Shown: positions 27,595-36,606 of the stretch, one piece after another
Layout: the number at the start of each line of letters is the position of its first letter
Position numbering within the stretch: the stretch's first letter is position 1
IMG/VR virus record: IMGVR_UViG_3300034152_000303
Coordinates: 1-41,768 of that record
DNA: 41,768 nucleotides
Origin: a virus
Taxonomy: Duplodnaviria; Caudoviricetes
Direction: 5' to 3' (one strand)
Notes under the pieces: model-generated
What the model was told of the DNA's origin: nothing
What the model saw: the letters and a program-made list of their open reading frames with translations, nothing else
Databases searched by the model: none
Position numbers and translations under genes: made by a program

Positions 27595-29355
27595 TTACAT
27601 TCCTATAAACAGTTCATTAGCAAGATCGACCAAGTTGGGATTCTCTTCCAGAATGAAGTAAGGCTTAAAGCTATCTGCAATATCCTGCGGTTCTCCTTGT
27701 AAGAAGGAATGCGCTTGACCTGACAACCTCACCCTAATAGCTGTGAAGATCTGGAATCCTGTTCCAGAACACTCAAGCTGCAGTTCCATATTCATTCCAG
27801 AATTGATCTCTCCCTCAGTTCCATAACAGTCAATTACTGGAATGTTTATATCAGTTAGAATCCATCTACCACTTGCAGAGACGGAGAGCTTTGGCCAGTT
27901 CAAGTCTGCTCTTTCATTATCAGATTGATACCCACCGCAGACGAGTCCTGGTAGCGGTTTATTTAACCAGTTGTTGTAGTTCTGCTGCCATCCTGACGCA
28001 GCGATTTCAATGACCGGCCAGTCTTGGATTAAAGCATTTCCTCCAATTGCATCAGTGTATCCAGCAGTGCCGCAACCTGTAACATCTCCATCTATATTTA
28101 AGTAGTCAAGATCGCATTCTCCTGTGGTGCTCTCAAGTGTTGAGCCTCTTCCAATCTCGACAAACATTCCAAGATCTTGCCACAGGGTGTAATTATCCAG
28201 GTTAAGATTTGACTGATAAGGTGTCCAGGCTGCGCCCTCACTCAGTTTATAGAGCAGGTCAAAGTCGTTCCACCCCTTTCTCTTCAGCCTAATATAAAGC
28301 TCTGTTGTCGAAGTGTAAGTGGTAGTCAAGCCACCGTCGCCACCAGTGGGTGCGGCATAGTCTTGTGTGACAGCTCTTGTCCATTTTGTGTAGGTGCCGC
28401 TTCCGCCCCTACCAAATGCTACCCTCCACATGGCATGGCCAGTAGCACCAAACGGCAGATTTCCAGGCACCAGTCTCAGTTCAAAGCCGTATTCGTCCAA
28501 CTCTGTTGGATAGACTATATTCTTAATTGCCAGGTCTACATTACAGTCTTCTCCAACATAGATGTTGTCAAATGTACTGACCCCTCTCTCAGTTCCATCT
28601 GGTCCTGGGATATAGATAGCATTGTCATAAACCTGAAAGTCCCCTCTTGGAGGGTTGCTATTCGGCCTGGAGAGAGTCCAGTTGTCAAAGGCGGAGAGAA
28701 ATGTTCCATCTGGTGCAATGAAGCCTTCACTGCATATCAGCGGAATGAAGTAACTTGGAGGAGCCCAGGGCTCATGTGTATCTCCACAGACAATATTGGA
28801 GCATACTAAATTGTTTTCATAGTAGCACCCATTTGGCAGTTCGAAGAGCAAGTCTCCAATACTGTCATCTTCATTTACCACATACCCTTGCATTGTGTCA
28901 TACCAGGGAGGCATAAACCAGTTGAACCAACCCTCAACTTCCATTGATACATAGATTGGCTCACCGCCACCTACTGCTGTGGTGTAAGAAATCGGATCGC
29001 TCCATACTGTATTGGCCTGTGAGTTGGTGCTTCCAAGACCATTGAACGTAGCTGGAGCACTCGGCGTACCTGTCTTTCCCCTTCTAATCCTGGCATTGGT
29101 AACAGTATAAAAATAGTCACCAGCATTAGACGGATCAAAGGAAGACTGCTGCGCTGGACTCATACCAGGAATGTCAATTCTTTCCCCTGACGGCATAATC
29201 CCTATATACCATATTTCCAGCACGTCTTCCTGCTGAGCACCATCTCCAGGTCTTGTACCGCCAGGATACTGGTATTCAGGAGGATCATATTTAATTGCTA
29301 TATGTGTAGGCTCTGGAAAGTAAATAGCCTGTGAACCGCCGCAATATAGTGACAT
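27595..29355 (-). CDS. Putative tail fibre/receptor-binding protein
   Basis: Beta-rich Gly/Tyr/Trp composition; C-terminal PxLxxxxxG repeats. Confidence 0.6.
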   Translation of the reverse strand: MSLYCGGSQAIYFPEPTHIAIKYDPPEYQYPGGTRPGDGAQQEDVLEIWYIGIMPSGERIDIPGMSPAQQSSFDPSNAGDYFYTVTNARIRRGKTGTPSAPATFNGLGSTNSQANTVWSDPISYTTAVGGGEPIYVSMEVEGWFNWFMPPWYDTMQGYVVNEDDSIGDLLFELPNGCYYENNLVCSNIVCGDTHEPWAPPSYFIPLICSEGFIAPDGTFLSAFDNWTLSRPNSNPPRGDFQVYDNAIYIPGPDGTERGVSTFDNIYVGEDCNVDLAIKNIVYPTELDEYGFELRLVPGNLPFGATGHAMWRVAFGRGGSGTYTKWTRAVTQDYAAPTGGDGGLTTTYTSTTELYIRLKRKGWNDFDLLYKLSEGAAWTPYQSNLNLDNYTLWQDLGMFVEIGRGSTLESTTGECDLDYLNIDGDVTGCGTAGYTDAIGGNALIQDWPVIEIAASGWQQNYNNWLNKPLPGLVCGGYQSDNERADLNWPKLSVSASGRWILTDINIPVIDCYGTEGEINSGMNMELQLECSGTGFQIFTAIRVRLSGQAHSFLQGEPQDIADSFKPYFILEENPNLVDLANELFIGM

Positions 29356-29356
29356 A

Positions 29357-29383
29357 TTTTAAAAGGGGGCCGAAGCCCCCTCT
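29357..29383 (-). terminator. Intrinsic terminator
   Basis: Minus strand AGGGGGC-TTCG-GCCCCCT-TTT directly after 29387..29860. Confidence 0.8.
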
Positions 29384-29386
29384 CCC

Positions 29387-29860
29387 TTATGACGCAGGCA
29401 TCGAGATCGTAAAAGCGTCGATTGTCGTGGTTGCTGACTGGACAATGGTTGTGCTGGAAAGGTTCAGCTCGGCTCCGGCGGTAGCCACAGCACCGTCAAA
29501 TCTGATCTTGTCAGTACCTGACCCCGTATCGTAGTCGTTGTCGTAGAACCTGAACCAGCCAGCCGTCCCGCCAGTGATTCCGTCACCTTGCCAGGTTTCG
29601 CCGCTTGCCTTTGCAATGCTACCACCACTGGAATCACCAAACTCAAGGCCATTCGTGGCAGAGCCTGGCGTAAAGGCTCCACCACTTTCAGTAATTCTCA
29701 AGAGCTTGGTACCAGCTTCAGCAGCATCCGCATTGGCAGGCTGACTGCCGGAGTAGATTTCAAGAACACCATCTGCCATGATATCCTTGAAGCTTCCATT
29801 ATCTCCGGTGCCCGCACCCAGCAAGGCATTCCGCAGTGCTGTAGAGACACGCAAAGCCAT
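29387..29860 (-). CDS. Virion structural protein
   Basis: STALRNALL, IYSGSQPANAD, GTAGWFR, RFDG; C/G-ending codons and own terminator. Confidence 0.8.
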   Translation of the reverse strand: MALRVSTALRNALLGAGTGDNGSFKDIMADGVLEIYSGSQPANADAAEAGTKLLRITESGGAFTPGSATNGLEFGDSSGGSIAKASGETWQGDGITGGTAGWFRFYDNDYDTGSGTDKIRFDGAVATAGAELNLSSTTIVQSATTTIDAFTISMPAS

Positions 29861-29871
29861 GTTGTTTCTCC

Positions 29872-30792
29872 TTAATCTTCAAAGATGAAGAGAACATTTT
29901 CGTTCCTGACAACAGCAGAACCTCTACTGACATCAGGGTACTCAATCTTCTCTTCAGTTAGGTTAATAAATTCTCCTCTTGGCCCACCTACACATAAACC
30001 CTTAGTAGTACCAAAGACCAGGTATTGGGAATTATCCCTTAGACCTAACCTCAAACCTGTGACTCTGTCAGCTGCAACAGCGTAAAGCACAGCCGGATAG
30101 TCTGCGACAGTGATCAACTGCATAGCGCTCGGGTCAGTACCTTGGGCAAAGTATATTCTTGCCGAATCGCTTATATACATTCCATCCTGTACGGCCCGCA
30201 TCAGTCTAATCTTTGAGTGAAAAGGGATTATACATCTTGCAGGGTCAAACCAGTTATAAGCGTATGGCTCAGAATGATAAATATCATTGCCTTTAGCAAT
30301 CCACATCCTGCCAAAGGCAATCTCCAATAAGTGTCCAGGAACAGGATCAATGACTGTCTTAGTGGAGTCTCTGCCTGTGTAACTGCCGGCTACCCAAGCG
30401 TTGTCGACCATTTCTTCTACATAACCAGTTTCAAAGCCATTGCCGTAATACAGTCTCTTACCATCTCTGACATATCCCATTCTGTTTGGGTAAACTAAAC
30501 TTCTGAGAGTGTCAGTACTGCCGAGCTTATCTACTGCTACAAGCTCAGCATCAGAGCCTATAATTTCTACACTAACAGCGTAGCTTCCCATCGAAACCAG
30601 GCTATGGAAGTTGCCCGCTTGGAGCTGCCCAAAACCTTTCCGTCTGCCGATTCTGCCTGTTGCATCCAGAATGACATTCCACGTTGCTTGCAGGTCAACC
30701 AGTCCGTCGTCCGGAGAGTACCTTATCCTCGCCGGGTCTACGAATACGTTCAGTCCCTGGCTTGCCCTGTACAGTGGTAGCACCTTTGCCAT
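29872..30792 (-). CDS. Tail tubular/stabilisation-like beta-propeller protein
   Basis: GLN..DP, NV.LD.TG.I.RRKG, GRMWIA, HSEP; position after adaptor. Confidence 0.65.
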   Translation of the reverse strand: MAKVLPLYRASQGLNVFVDPARIRYSPDDGLVDLQATWNVILDATGRIGRRKGFGQLQAGNFHSLVSMGSYAVSVEIIGSDAELVAVDKLGSTDTLRSLVYPNRMGYVRDGKRLYYGNGFETGYVEEMVDNAWVAGSYTGRDSTKTVIDPVPGHLLEIAFGRMWIAKGNDIYHSEPYAYNWFDPARCIIPFHSKIRLMRAVQDGMYISDSARIYFAQGTDPSAMQLITVADYPAVLYAVAADRVTGLRLGLRDNSQYLVFGTTKGLCVGGPRGEFINLTEEKIEYPDVSRGSAVVRNENVLFIFED

Positions 30793-30970
30793 CTTGCAGT
30801 CCTTGGAGGTTAAGCCTTAATGAGTTAGTAACAGTGCAGTCAACAACGTCGCCATTTACTGCATCCAGCTTGATAGTAATTGTGCCAGATTGCTTAGCCA
30901 GTTGTAGGTAGTTGTGTAAGACTGCTGTGATGTTGGTAATTAAGAAAGAAAACTTCTCCTTTTCCATCAT
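30695..30970 (-). CDS. Small hypothetical protein
   Basis: SD GGAGG before ATG 30970; overlaps the next gene by 98 nt. Confidence 0.55.
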   Translation of the reverse strand: MMEKEKFSFLITNITAVLHNYLQLAKQSGTITIKLDAVNGDVVDCTVTNSLRLNLQGLQDGKGATTVQGKPGTERIRRPGEDKVLSGRRTG

Positions 30971-30975
30971 GCCTC

Positions 30976-31641
30976 CTATGCATCCCAACAGCTTGAGACG
31001 TGCGGAACTCTGTTCCTGCTGACCCAGGCTCTGGTTGCATTGATTCCAGAATGTTTACTATTCCAGTTAAAGGATGCGTCGAAGTGTATTCTTGTATTCA
31101 CTTTTCCATCATCCTCACCGTCTTCCTTCTGGTTGTATATCAAGAAGGCTGCACCATTCACCAGACAGCGATAGTGCACCTCTTCCGGAAGCCAGTCGGG
31201 TTCGTCGTTGTCACTGGATAATACTGGGGGATTCTGATAGTAGATGAGGGCCAGACTGACGGAAATCTCAGGTATATACTGATACCAGAGATTGCGGCCT
31301 TCCAGCGCTACAGCCTCAAGCTCACCGGCACTATCCATGCTTTCATTGCCGGTTTTGCTGGCGTATGCATCAGCAAGAAGATCGAGAGATGGGTACACTT
31401 CCAGATCGTAATTCAACACCCTTGATAGCCTTCCGCTGAAGCCACCACTTACATTTGTCAGGGGAGCATATGCTTGTCCTGCAATCGTGGACACTGATCC
31501 AAGGCGCTTCAAATCCGGGAGTTTCACTTCTCCCGCTGTGCGAAGTGCAGCCTGATGGATGAAGTCGTCCAGTTGTGCTGAGCTATAGCTTTCATCCTGA
31601 ATCTCGTTCGCCAGGGCGGCTCTTAGCTGTGCTTTATTCAT
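30976..31641 (-). CDS. Head-tail adaptor-like protein
   Basis: Start MNKAQLRAAL; YYQNP..L..D.DEP..LPE..H; position after capsid genes. Confidence 0.7.
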   Translation of the reverse strand: MNKAQLRAALANEIQDESYSSAQLDDFIHQAALRTAGEVKLPDLKRLGSVSTIAGQAYAPLTNVSGGFSGRLSRVLNYDLEVYPSLDLLADAYASKTGNESMDSAGELEAVALEGRNLWYQYIPEISVSLALIYYQNPPVLSSDNDEPDWLPEEVHYRCLVNGAAFLIYNQKEDGEDDGKVNTRIHFDASFNWNSKHSGINATRAWVSRNRVPHVSSCWDA

Positions 31642-31653
31642 CTTCAGAATCCC

Positions 31654-31686
31654 CCAGTAAAACGTCAAACATTGACAAACTACTTA
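31654..31686. promoter_or_regulatory. 33-bp palindrome, copy 6
   Basis: CCAGTAAAACGTCAA-ACA-TTGACAAACTACTTA; fills the intergenic gap. Confidence 0.75.
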
Positions 31687-32178
31687 GGCATCATAAAGCT
31701 GGGATGCCAGAAGCAGCAGTCGGCCACGCCCAGTTGTCGGAGCCGTGGCTGTGTAGGTTGCGTAGATGACCGGAACAGTTGCATCAGCGTGAGTGATAAT
31801 CACACCAGGTGTACCGGCCGCCAGAGCTGTGAGCATATCACCGCCAGACAGGTAGCTGTATCCAGCGCTGCCCAGGGTAATATCTCCAGTTTGAAAAATC
31901 TCATCGGCGTCAACCACTGACACAGTGCCACCATCTGTAACATCGTCAGTGGCGATTGTGCCCAGGCCAATGAGCATGTCAGGTGTCCCATCGAAGACTT
32001 GCACACACTGGAAGACCGCTTCGTAAAGCAAGGTGATGCTTCCCCGTGCAGCCGGGAAAGAGAAGAACACTGCTTCATCACCGTTTGCCTTGTAGTCAAT
32101 CCAGCCAGAAGTCATCCAGAACGGGTTCATCCAGACGTGATCACGTTCGTCCGTCCTGCGAAGGTCTTTCATAGCCAT
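31684..32178 (-). CDS. Capsid decoration/cement-like protein
   Basis: VFDG, IG, PTTGRGR pattern; follows capsid gene. Confidence 0.65.
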   Translation of the reverse strand: MAMKDLRRTDERDHVWMNPFWMTSGWIDYKANGDEAVFFSFPAARGSITLLYEAVFQCVQVFDGTPDMLIGLGTIATDDVTDGGTVSVVDADEIFQTGDITLGSAGYSYLSGGDMLTALAAGTPGVIITHADATVPVIYATYTATAPTTGRGRLLLLASQLYDA

Positions 32179-32210
32179 GGGTTAATTCTCCTTTACATCG
32201 GTAAAGTGGG

Positions 32211-32627
32211 TTAGTGGATGATAGAGTACGCCGCGAAGACGACGAACTCACCTGAGGTTTGAGCAGTGCCGACCGTCACAGTTACCATCCCAGAGGCTTC
32301 ATTAAGCCAAAGCCCATTGAATGGAATCCAGACATTGTCTGTGATGACTACAATATCCCCAGCCCGCTTCATGCCGACAGCTGTTGCTTCCGCGTAGGTA
32401 GTGTCCAGGAAGTAATCTGCATCATGGGAGATGCCATTACCCACAAAGCCAACCTGCACGGTATCGCTGCTGCCACCATCCTTGACAAAGAACCAGACAT
32501 CATAGATGAAGGCGAAGCGAGGAACTGGAATCAGGTCATACTGCTCATCCGCAGGAGACTCCAACACTTTGCTTTTGGCCAGACGAAAGTTGTCTGCCGA
32601 AGCTCTGGAGTACATCGGAATACTCAT
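32211..32627 (-). CDS. Capsid decoration/cement-like protein
   Basis: IPVPRFAFIYDV, VG, TSGEF; follows capsid gene. Confidence 0.65.
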   Translation of the reverse strand: MSIPMYSRASADNFRLAKSKVLESPADEQYDLIPVPRFAFIYDVWFFVKDGGSSDTVQVGFVGNGISHDADYFLDTTYAEATAVGMKRAGDIVVITDNVWIPFNGLWLNEASGMVTVTVGTAQTSGEFVVFAAYSIIH

Positions 32628-32662
32628 GTGGAAACCCTCCTAAAAGTTAAAGGATGAACAGT

Positions 32663-33748
32663 TTACTGCAGACGAGCGCCCCAGGTGGAACCGACGATGA
32701 TGCCATAGTCTTTGCCTTCGAAGCGGGTCTTCTTGCAGCCGAAGATACCACCACCTCTGACCATGACATATCTCTTGGCATCCTTCTCATAGGGAACGAA
32801 GGACATCACTGAGGACTTGCTCTCCCCTGCGCCACCCCAAGCCCAGACAGCGCCCTGTGCGCCGATCAAGGCGGTTCTGTAAACGCCTTCATAGGCAGTG
32901 CTGCCTTGGATGATCTGGGGCATACGCTCCACTTTGGTGATCAGCATACCGTTGTAGGAGATCTCGACTTCCGGCATCTGAAGTTTGTTCGCCGCCCTGA
33001 GCAGGTCACCCCACTCGCCGATGTTGGTGTTCTGGCGCAGTGCATCAAAGACATAATTGTGCATCAGCACCCGGTAGTAGTTTCTGCCGCTCAGACGCAG
33101 CGGACGAACCTTGTACCTTCCATCCACTCTGGGGTCTGCGACTTCCGCCCTTTGCTTCATTGCATCCAGGAAGGTAAGATCAATGGTATCTGCGTTGGTC
33201 AGAGCAGCTTCGTTGGCCTTCTCGTTCATGATCAGGTGATGATCACTGTCAGGTTCTTCGATCACATTCCCGAAGGCCGTATCTGCGGAGTCCATTGCCT
33301 GACCACAGAAGACGAAGGAGCTGTTGCCAATAACAGTGTTGACAACCAAATCTGACAGTTTGTCAACCCACCAGTCTGACAGGCCATCCTTGCCTTCCAT
33401 CATCAGGTCGTAGGGAACCCGTTGCTGTTCCATCTTGCCACCAGTGTCGACGGCGTGGTTCAGCTCCTCGATGGAAGCCTTGAAGTTGCGGAAGCGCAGT
33501 TTCTCTTCCGTTCCTTCGACCGTACGGTCGCCCACTGTACCCTGACCGATCAGGGGCAAGCGGATACCGAAGGTGATTTCGTCACCCTCTCCCTTGCCAA
33601 GCTCTGTCCTAATTTGGACAGGTGCATCAGTTCCTTTTCCTGTCATCCAGTTGAACTCAACTGCCGGCAGGATCATTCGGAACAGATCACGTGCCCACCG
33701 TTTTCTGGTCAGAGCGTCGTTCTTGAGAAAACGAGTTTTCGGAATCAT
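32663..33748 (-). CDS. Major capsid protein, N4 gp56-like (DUF4043-like)
   Basis: KRWA..LF, ELGKGEGDEITF, VEGTEEKL, GAQGAVWAWG, FGCKKTRF..KDYG. Confidence 0.88.
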   Translation of the reverse strand: MIPKTRFLKNDALTRKRWARDLFRMILPAVEFNWMTGKGTDAPVQIRTELGKGEGDEITFGIRLPLIGQGTVGDRTVEGTEEKLRFRNFKASIEELNHAVDTGGKMEQQRVPYDLMMEGKDGLSDWWVDKLSDLVVNTVIGNSSFVFCGQAMDSADTAFGNVIEEPDSDHHLIMNEKANEAALTNADTIDLTFLDAMKQRAEVADPRVDGRYKVRPLRLSGRNYYRVLMHNYVFDALRQNTNIGEWGDLLRAANKLQMPEVEISYNGMLITKVERMPQIIQGSTAYEGVYRTALIGAQGAVWAWGGAGESKSSVMSFVPYEKDAKRYVMVRGGGIFGCKKTRFEGKDYGIIVGSTWGARLQ

Positions 33749-33760
33749 TTAAAGTTCCTC

Positions 33761-34732
33761 CTAATCAAGTTCTCCCGCCAAGTACTTGTCGTAAATTTCA
33801 GGCGGGACTTTTCCAAGTTCATCTTCCGGTAGATTGTCGATCCGCTCAGCAGTCCAGCCAGTCTTCTGTGCATCTTGGGAACCTGTAAAGGGGGCAATCG
33901 ACCCAGGTGCCGCCGGAGGCTTACCTTTAGTCTTGTCTTTGGGTTTCCCAGTTTTGCCCTCTTCACCAGTTTTTCCAGCCTCACCTGTCTCGGGACTGGC
34001 TTCCTTGGTGTAAGAAGGGTGATACTCTTTGATCAGGCCGTACAGGTATTTATAGGGATTGGGTTGTGTCCAGATGTGCTGTTCGACCCTGAGCGCCGCG
34101 AGGCCGAAATCAATCCCCTGATCCTTGACAAGCTGATCAGCAACGGCAGCTACAATGTCCTGGGTGTTGCTTTCTGAACAGACGTCTGCAACGTCTTTGT
34201 ACTGCTCCATTCCAAGCATCTGTTCCAACATCAGGTCATACATGCCACCCCTCTCAGCTGAAATCTGTTTCAATTCAGCCTCGATTTGCTCCGCCTCTCC
34301 AGGACCTTCAAGCTCCACTTTCGTAGGCTTGTCACCCTCGCCACCACCTTTGTCTTCCAAGTCCTCATCATCGTCGTCAGAGACCCTTGAAGTTGCCGTC
34401 GCTACCAGCTTCCCTTGATTCCTCTCCAGCCTTTTGACTGCAGTATCCAGGTTGGCCAGTTGCCGTTTCTGTGAAAGGGACAATGATCTGTACTCCGAAA
34501 CCTGCCGCTGCAGGCCATCGTACTCGGACTTCTTCAGTGTGACGGTTTCTTCTTCTTCTTCAGCAGGAGTGTCAGTAGGCTTATTACCTTCATCTTCCCC
34601 GCCCTCGTCAGTATCTGTTTCGGTGTCCTGAGTACCAGCCTTCGAGCTCTCAAGCGCAGCAGTCAACTCATCCTCATAGGAATCGTCAGTATCAGTGTCC
34701 TGCGTGTCGTCCTTGATTACTTGCTCTCCCAT
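33761..34732 (-). CDS. Scaffolding protein
   Basis: Acidic, coiled coil; between portal and capsid. Confidence 0.75.
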   Translation of the reverse strand: MGEQVIKDDTQDTDTDDSYEDELTAALESSKAGTQDTETDTDEGGEDEGNKPTDTPAEEEEETVTLKKSEYDGLQRQVSEYRSLSLSQKRQLANLDTAVKRLERNQGKLVATATSRVSDDDDEDLEDKGGGEGDKPTKVELEGPGEAEQIEAELKQISAERGGMYDLMLEQMLGMEQYKDVADVCSESNTQDIVAAVADQLVKDQGIDFGLAALRVEQHIWTQPNPYKYLYGLIKEYHPSYTKEASPETGEAGKTGEEGKTGKPKDKTKGKPPAAPGSIAPFTGSQDAQKTGWTAERIDNLPEDELGKVPPEIYDKYLAGELD

Positions 34733-34735
34733 TGG

Positions 34736-36604
34736 TTACTCTCCTTTGCTTCGATTTGCAGTTGCTTTGACTTTCATTTCTTCGATTTCTAATTCCCTCT
34801 CTTTCAATCTAAGTTCTTGTGCTCTCACCTCCTCCCAATAAGCAGTCACTCTCTGCTTCACAGAGAATGGAACGTTGAGGTAATCTAACAAAATGTCTGG
34901 TGGAATCGTGCCAGGATTATTATGTGCAAACTCTCCAAGCACGTTCGCTATATAAATCCTCATACTTGCAGTCTCAGCAACCTCATCCACTTCTACGTCA
35001 AATTCAAGAGCTGAAATATCATTAAACCCTTGAACTTGCGGATTCAGTTGGCTGTTGATCTGCAAAAGCTGCAAGCCAGTTTGACCAGTAATTCTAATAA
35101 CTTCTGGCTCTCTGACAAATTGCTGAATTAAAGACAGCAGGAGCCGCGCTGCCTGAAATCTCGACTCTCTGAAATTATCGAACAAGATGTACAGCACAGC
35201 GTAGCCGGTCTGCTGTCTGGCATGGATTGTAGATGTTGCTTCCCTGCTGGAAGTCTCGACGCCCATTAAGTCGTCATGAATACCACCTGTATTCTTCATA
35301 CTTTGGTGGAACACCTGATCCAGCATCTGATACACAGGGCTTATCGTCGGCTGCTGCTCAAACTTCACCTTGTCAATACCACCGCGCTGTACTTCAAGGT
35401 GAAAGTTCGGTTCTGACGAGCTTTGTTCATAACGCTCTATGTCAAGGATAACTCCCTGCTCATGAATCAAGATCCCCTTAGGCAGCGTTTGTAATAAGTG
35501 GATCAACTGCCGTCTGATCGTGTTCAACGCCCTTTGAGGGTCTTTCATCATAGTAACAGCGCTGAACCAGGTGTTGTTGTCGTCATCCTTGTACGCACCG
35601 AAGAGGACGCCTGGGATGCCAGCCCAGTTCAAAGTACTGCGTCCTTCCTCTATAACGTACTGGTCGCTGAAAATCCTATAGAAAGGCGCCTTCCTATAAG
35701 ATCTCGTAACGGCCTCAGCCTCCCACTCTTTTATCTGCTGAGCCGACATAGCAAATACCTCATTGCCATCTGAGTCGAGTGGGATACCTTGGGAGACGAC
35801 CTCTTTAAATTGCTTATACTCCTCTGCTGTCAGTCCTTCAAGGACTCCAGAAATTGGGTTCACAAACCAGAAGACTTCCTCATACTTGTAATACCAACAC
35901 TCTATAACTCTATAAAGATCCTTTGCTTCATTCCAGAAATATGGGCCATCAGGTTTCGCAGGCGCATTTTTTAACACTTCAGTAGGGAAGTTCGGTGCCA
36001 GTATTTTCAGCTCTTCTTCGGTTAGCCACTGCTCCAGAAAGATGAACCTGTGATCTCCATCAGGCCCAAGGTCAAGACTGCTTGCATTTGGATCAAGGTA
36101 AAACTGATCACTTCTCCACCTTTTAGATTTAATCTTTGGCTGGAATGGATTGCTTTTGTCTATCCAGAACCACATTAAGCTTCTGCCGCCTTTGCAGGTA
36201 TGCTCGAAGCACTTGGTCTGCTTTCTCTGTATCTTCAACTTCTTCTGATAATGCTTTAGTGTGCCATTCATCAGCTCTGTCAGAACTTCGTCCTCTTGAG
36301 TGACAGGCACCACCATTGCAGTATTCGGACTCTGCGCTGCAAGACCAACCAGCATATCAATCTTCGGCTTAACCTCATTAAATACTGGATTTGGTCTATC
36401 CTCTGCAGCCAGTTTATCCAGCACCGATTGTGTATCCTGATCGCCGGCATAAAACTGGTAATCTTCCAGACTTTGATCTCTATAAAGAGTTTCTGGAATA
36501 CTATTAACAGAGTCAGAAAACCATGTCAAAATCTTCTGGTGTTCTTTACTGACATCCGCATCAGGATATATCTCAATTTGCTGAGCTCTTTCTGCTTGAG
36601 CCAT
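34736..36604 (-). CDS. Portal protein (P22-like)
   Basis: FYAGDQ, RP..FNEVKPKIDMLVG, MKDPQRALN; follows TerL. Confidence 0.88.
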   Translation of the reverse strand: MAQAERAQQIEIYPDADVSKEHQKILTWFSDSVNSIPETLYRDQSLEDYQFYAGDQDTQSVLDKLAAEDRPNPVFNEVKPKIDMLVGLAAQSPNTAMVVPVTQEDEVLTELMNGTLKHYQKKLKIQRKQTKCFEHTCKGGRSLMWFWIDKSNPFQPKIKSKRWRSDQFYLDPNASSLDLGPDGDHRFIFLEQWLTEEELKILAPNFPTEVLKNAPAKPDGPYFWNEAKDLYRVIECWYYKYEEVFWFVNPISGVLEGLTAEEYKQFKEVVSQGIPLDSDGNEVFAMSAQQIKEWEAEAVTRSYRKAPFYRIFSDQYVIEEGRSTLNWAGIPGVLFGAYKDDDNNTWFSAVTMMKDPQRALNTIRRQLIHLLQTLPKGILIHEQGVILDIERYEQSSSEPNFHLEVQRGGIDKVKFEQQPTISPVYQMLDQVFHQSMKNTGGIHDDLMGVETSSREATSTIHARQQTGYAVLYILFDNFRESRFQAARLLLSLIQQFVREPEVIRITGQTGLQLLQINSQLNPQVQGFNDISALEFDVEVDEVAETASMRIYIANVLGEFAHNNPGTIPPDILLDYLNVPFSVKQRVTAYWEEVRAQELRLKERELEIEEMKVKATANRSKGE

Positions 36605-36606
36605 GT

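Noticed and set aside
32663-33748. Assignment to true N4-like phages
   Set aside because: The capsid is N4-gp56-like, but no RNA polymerase motifs were recognised and the largest protein is only 1646 aa
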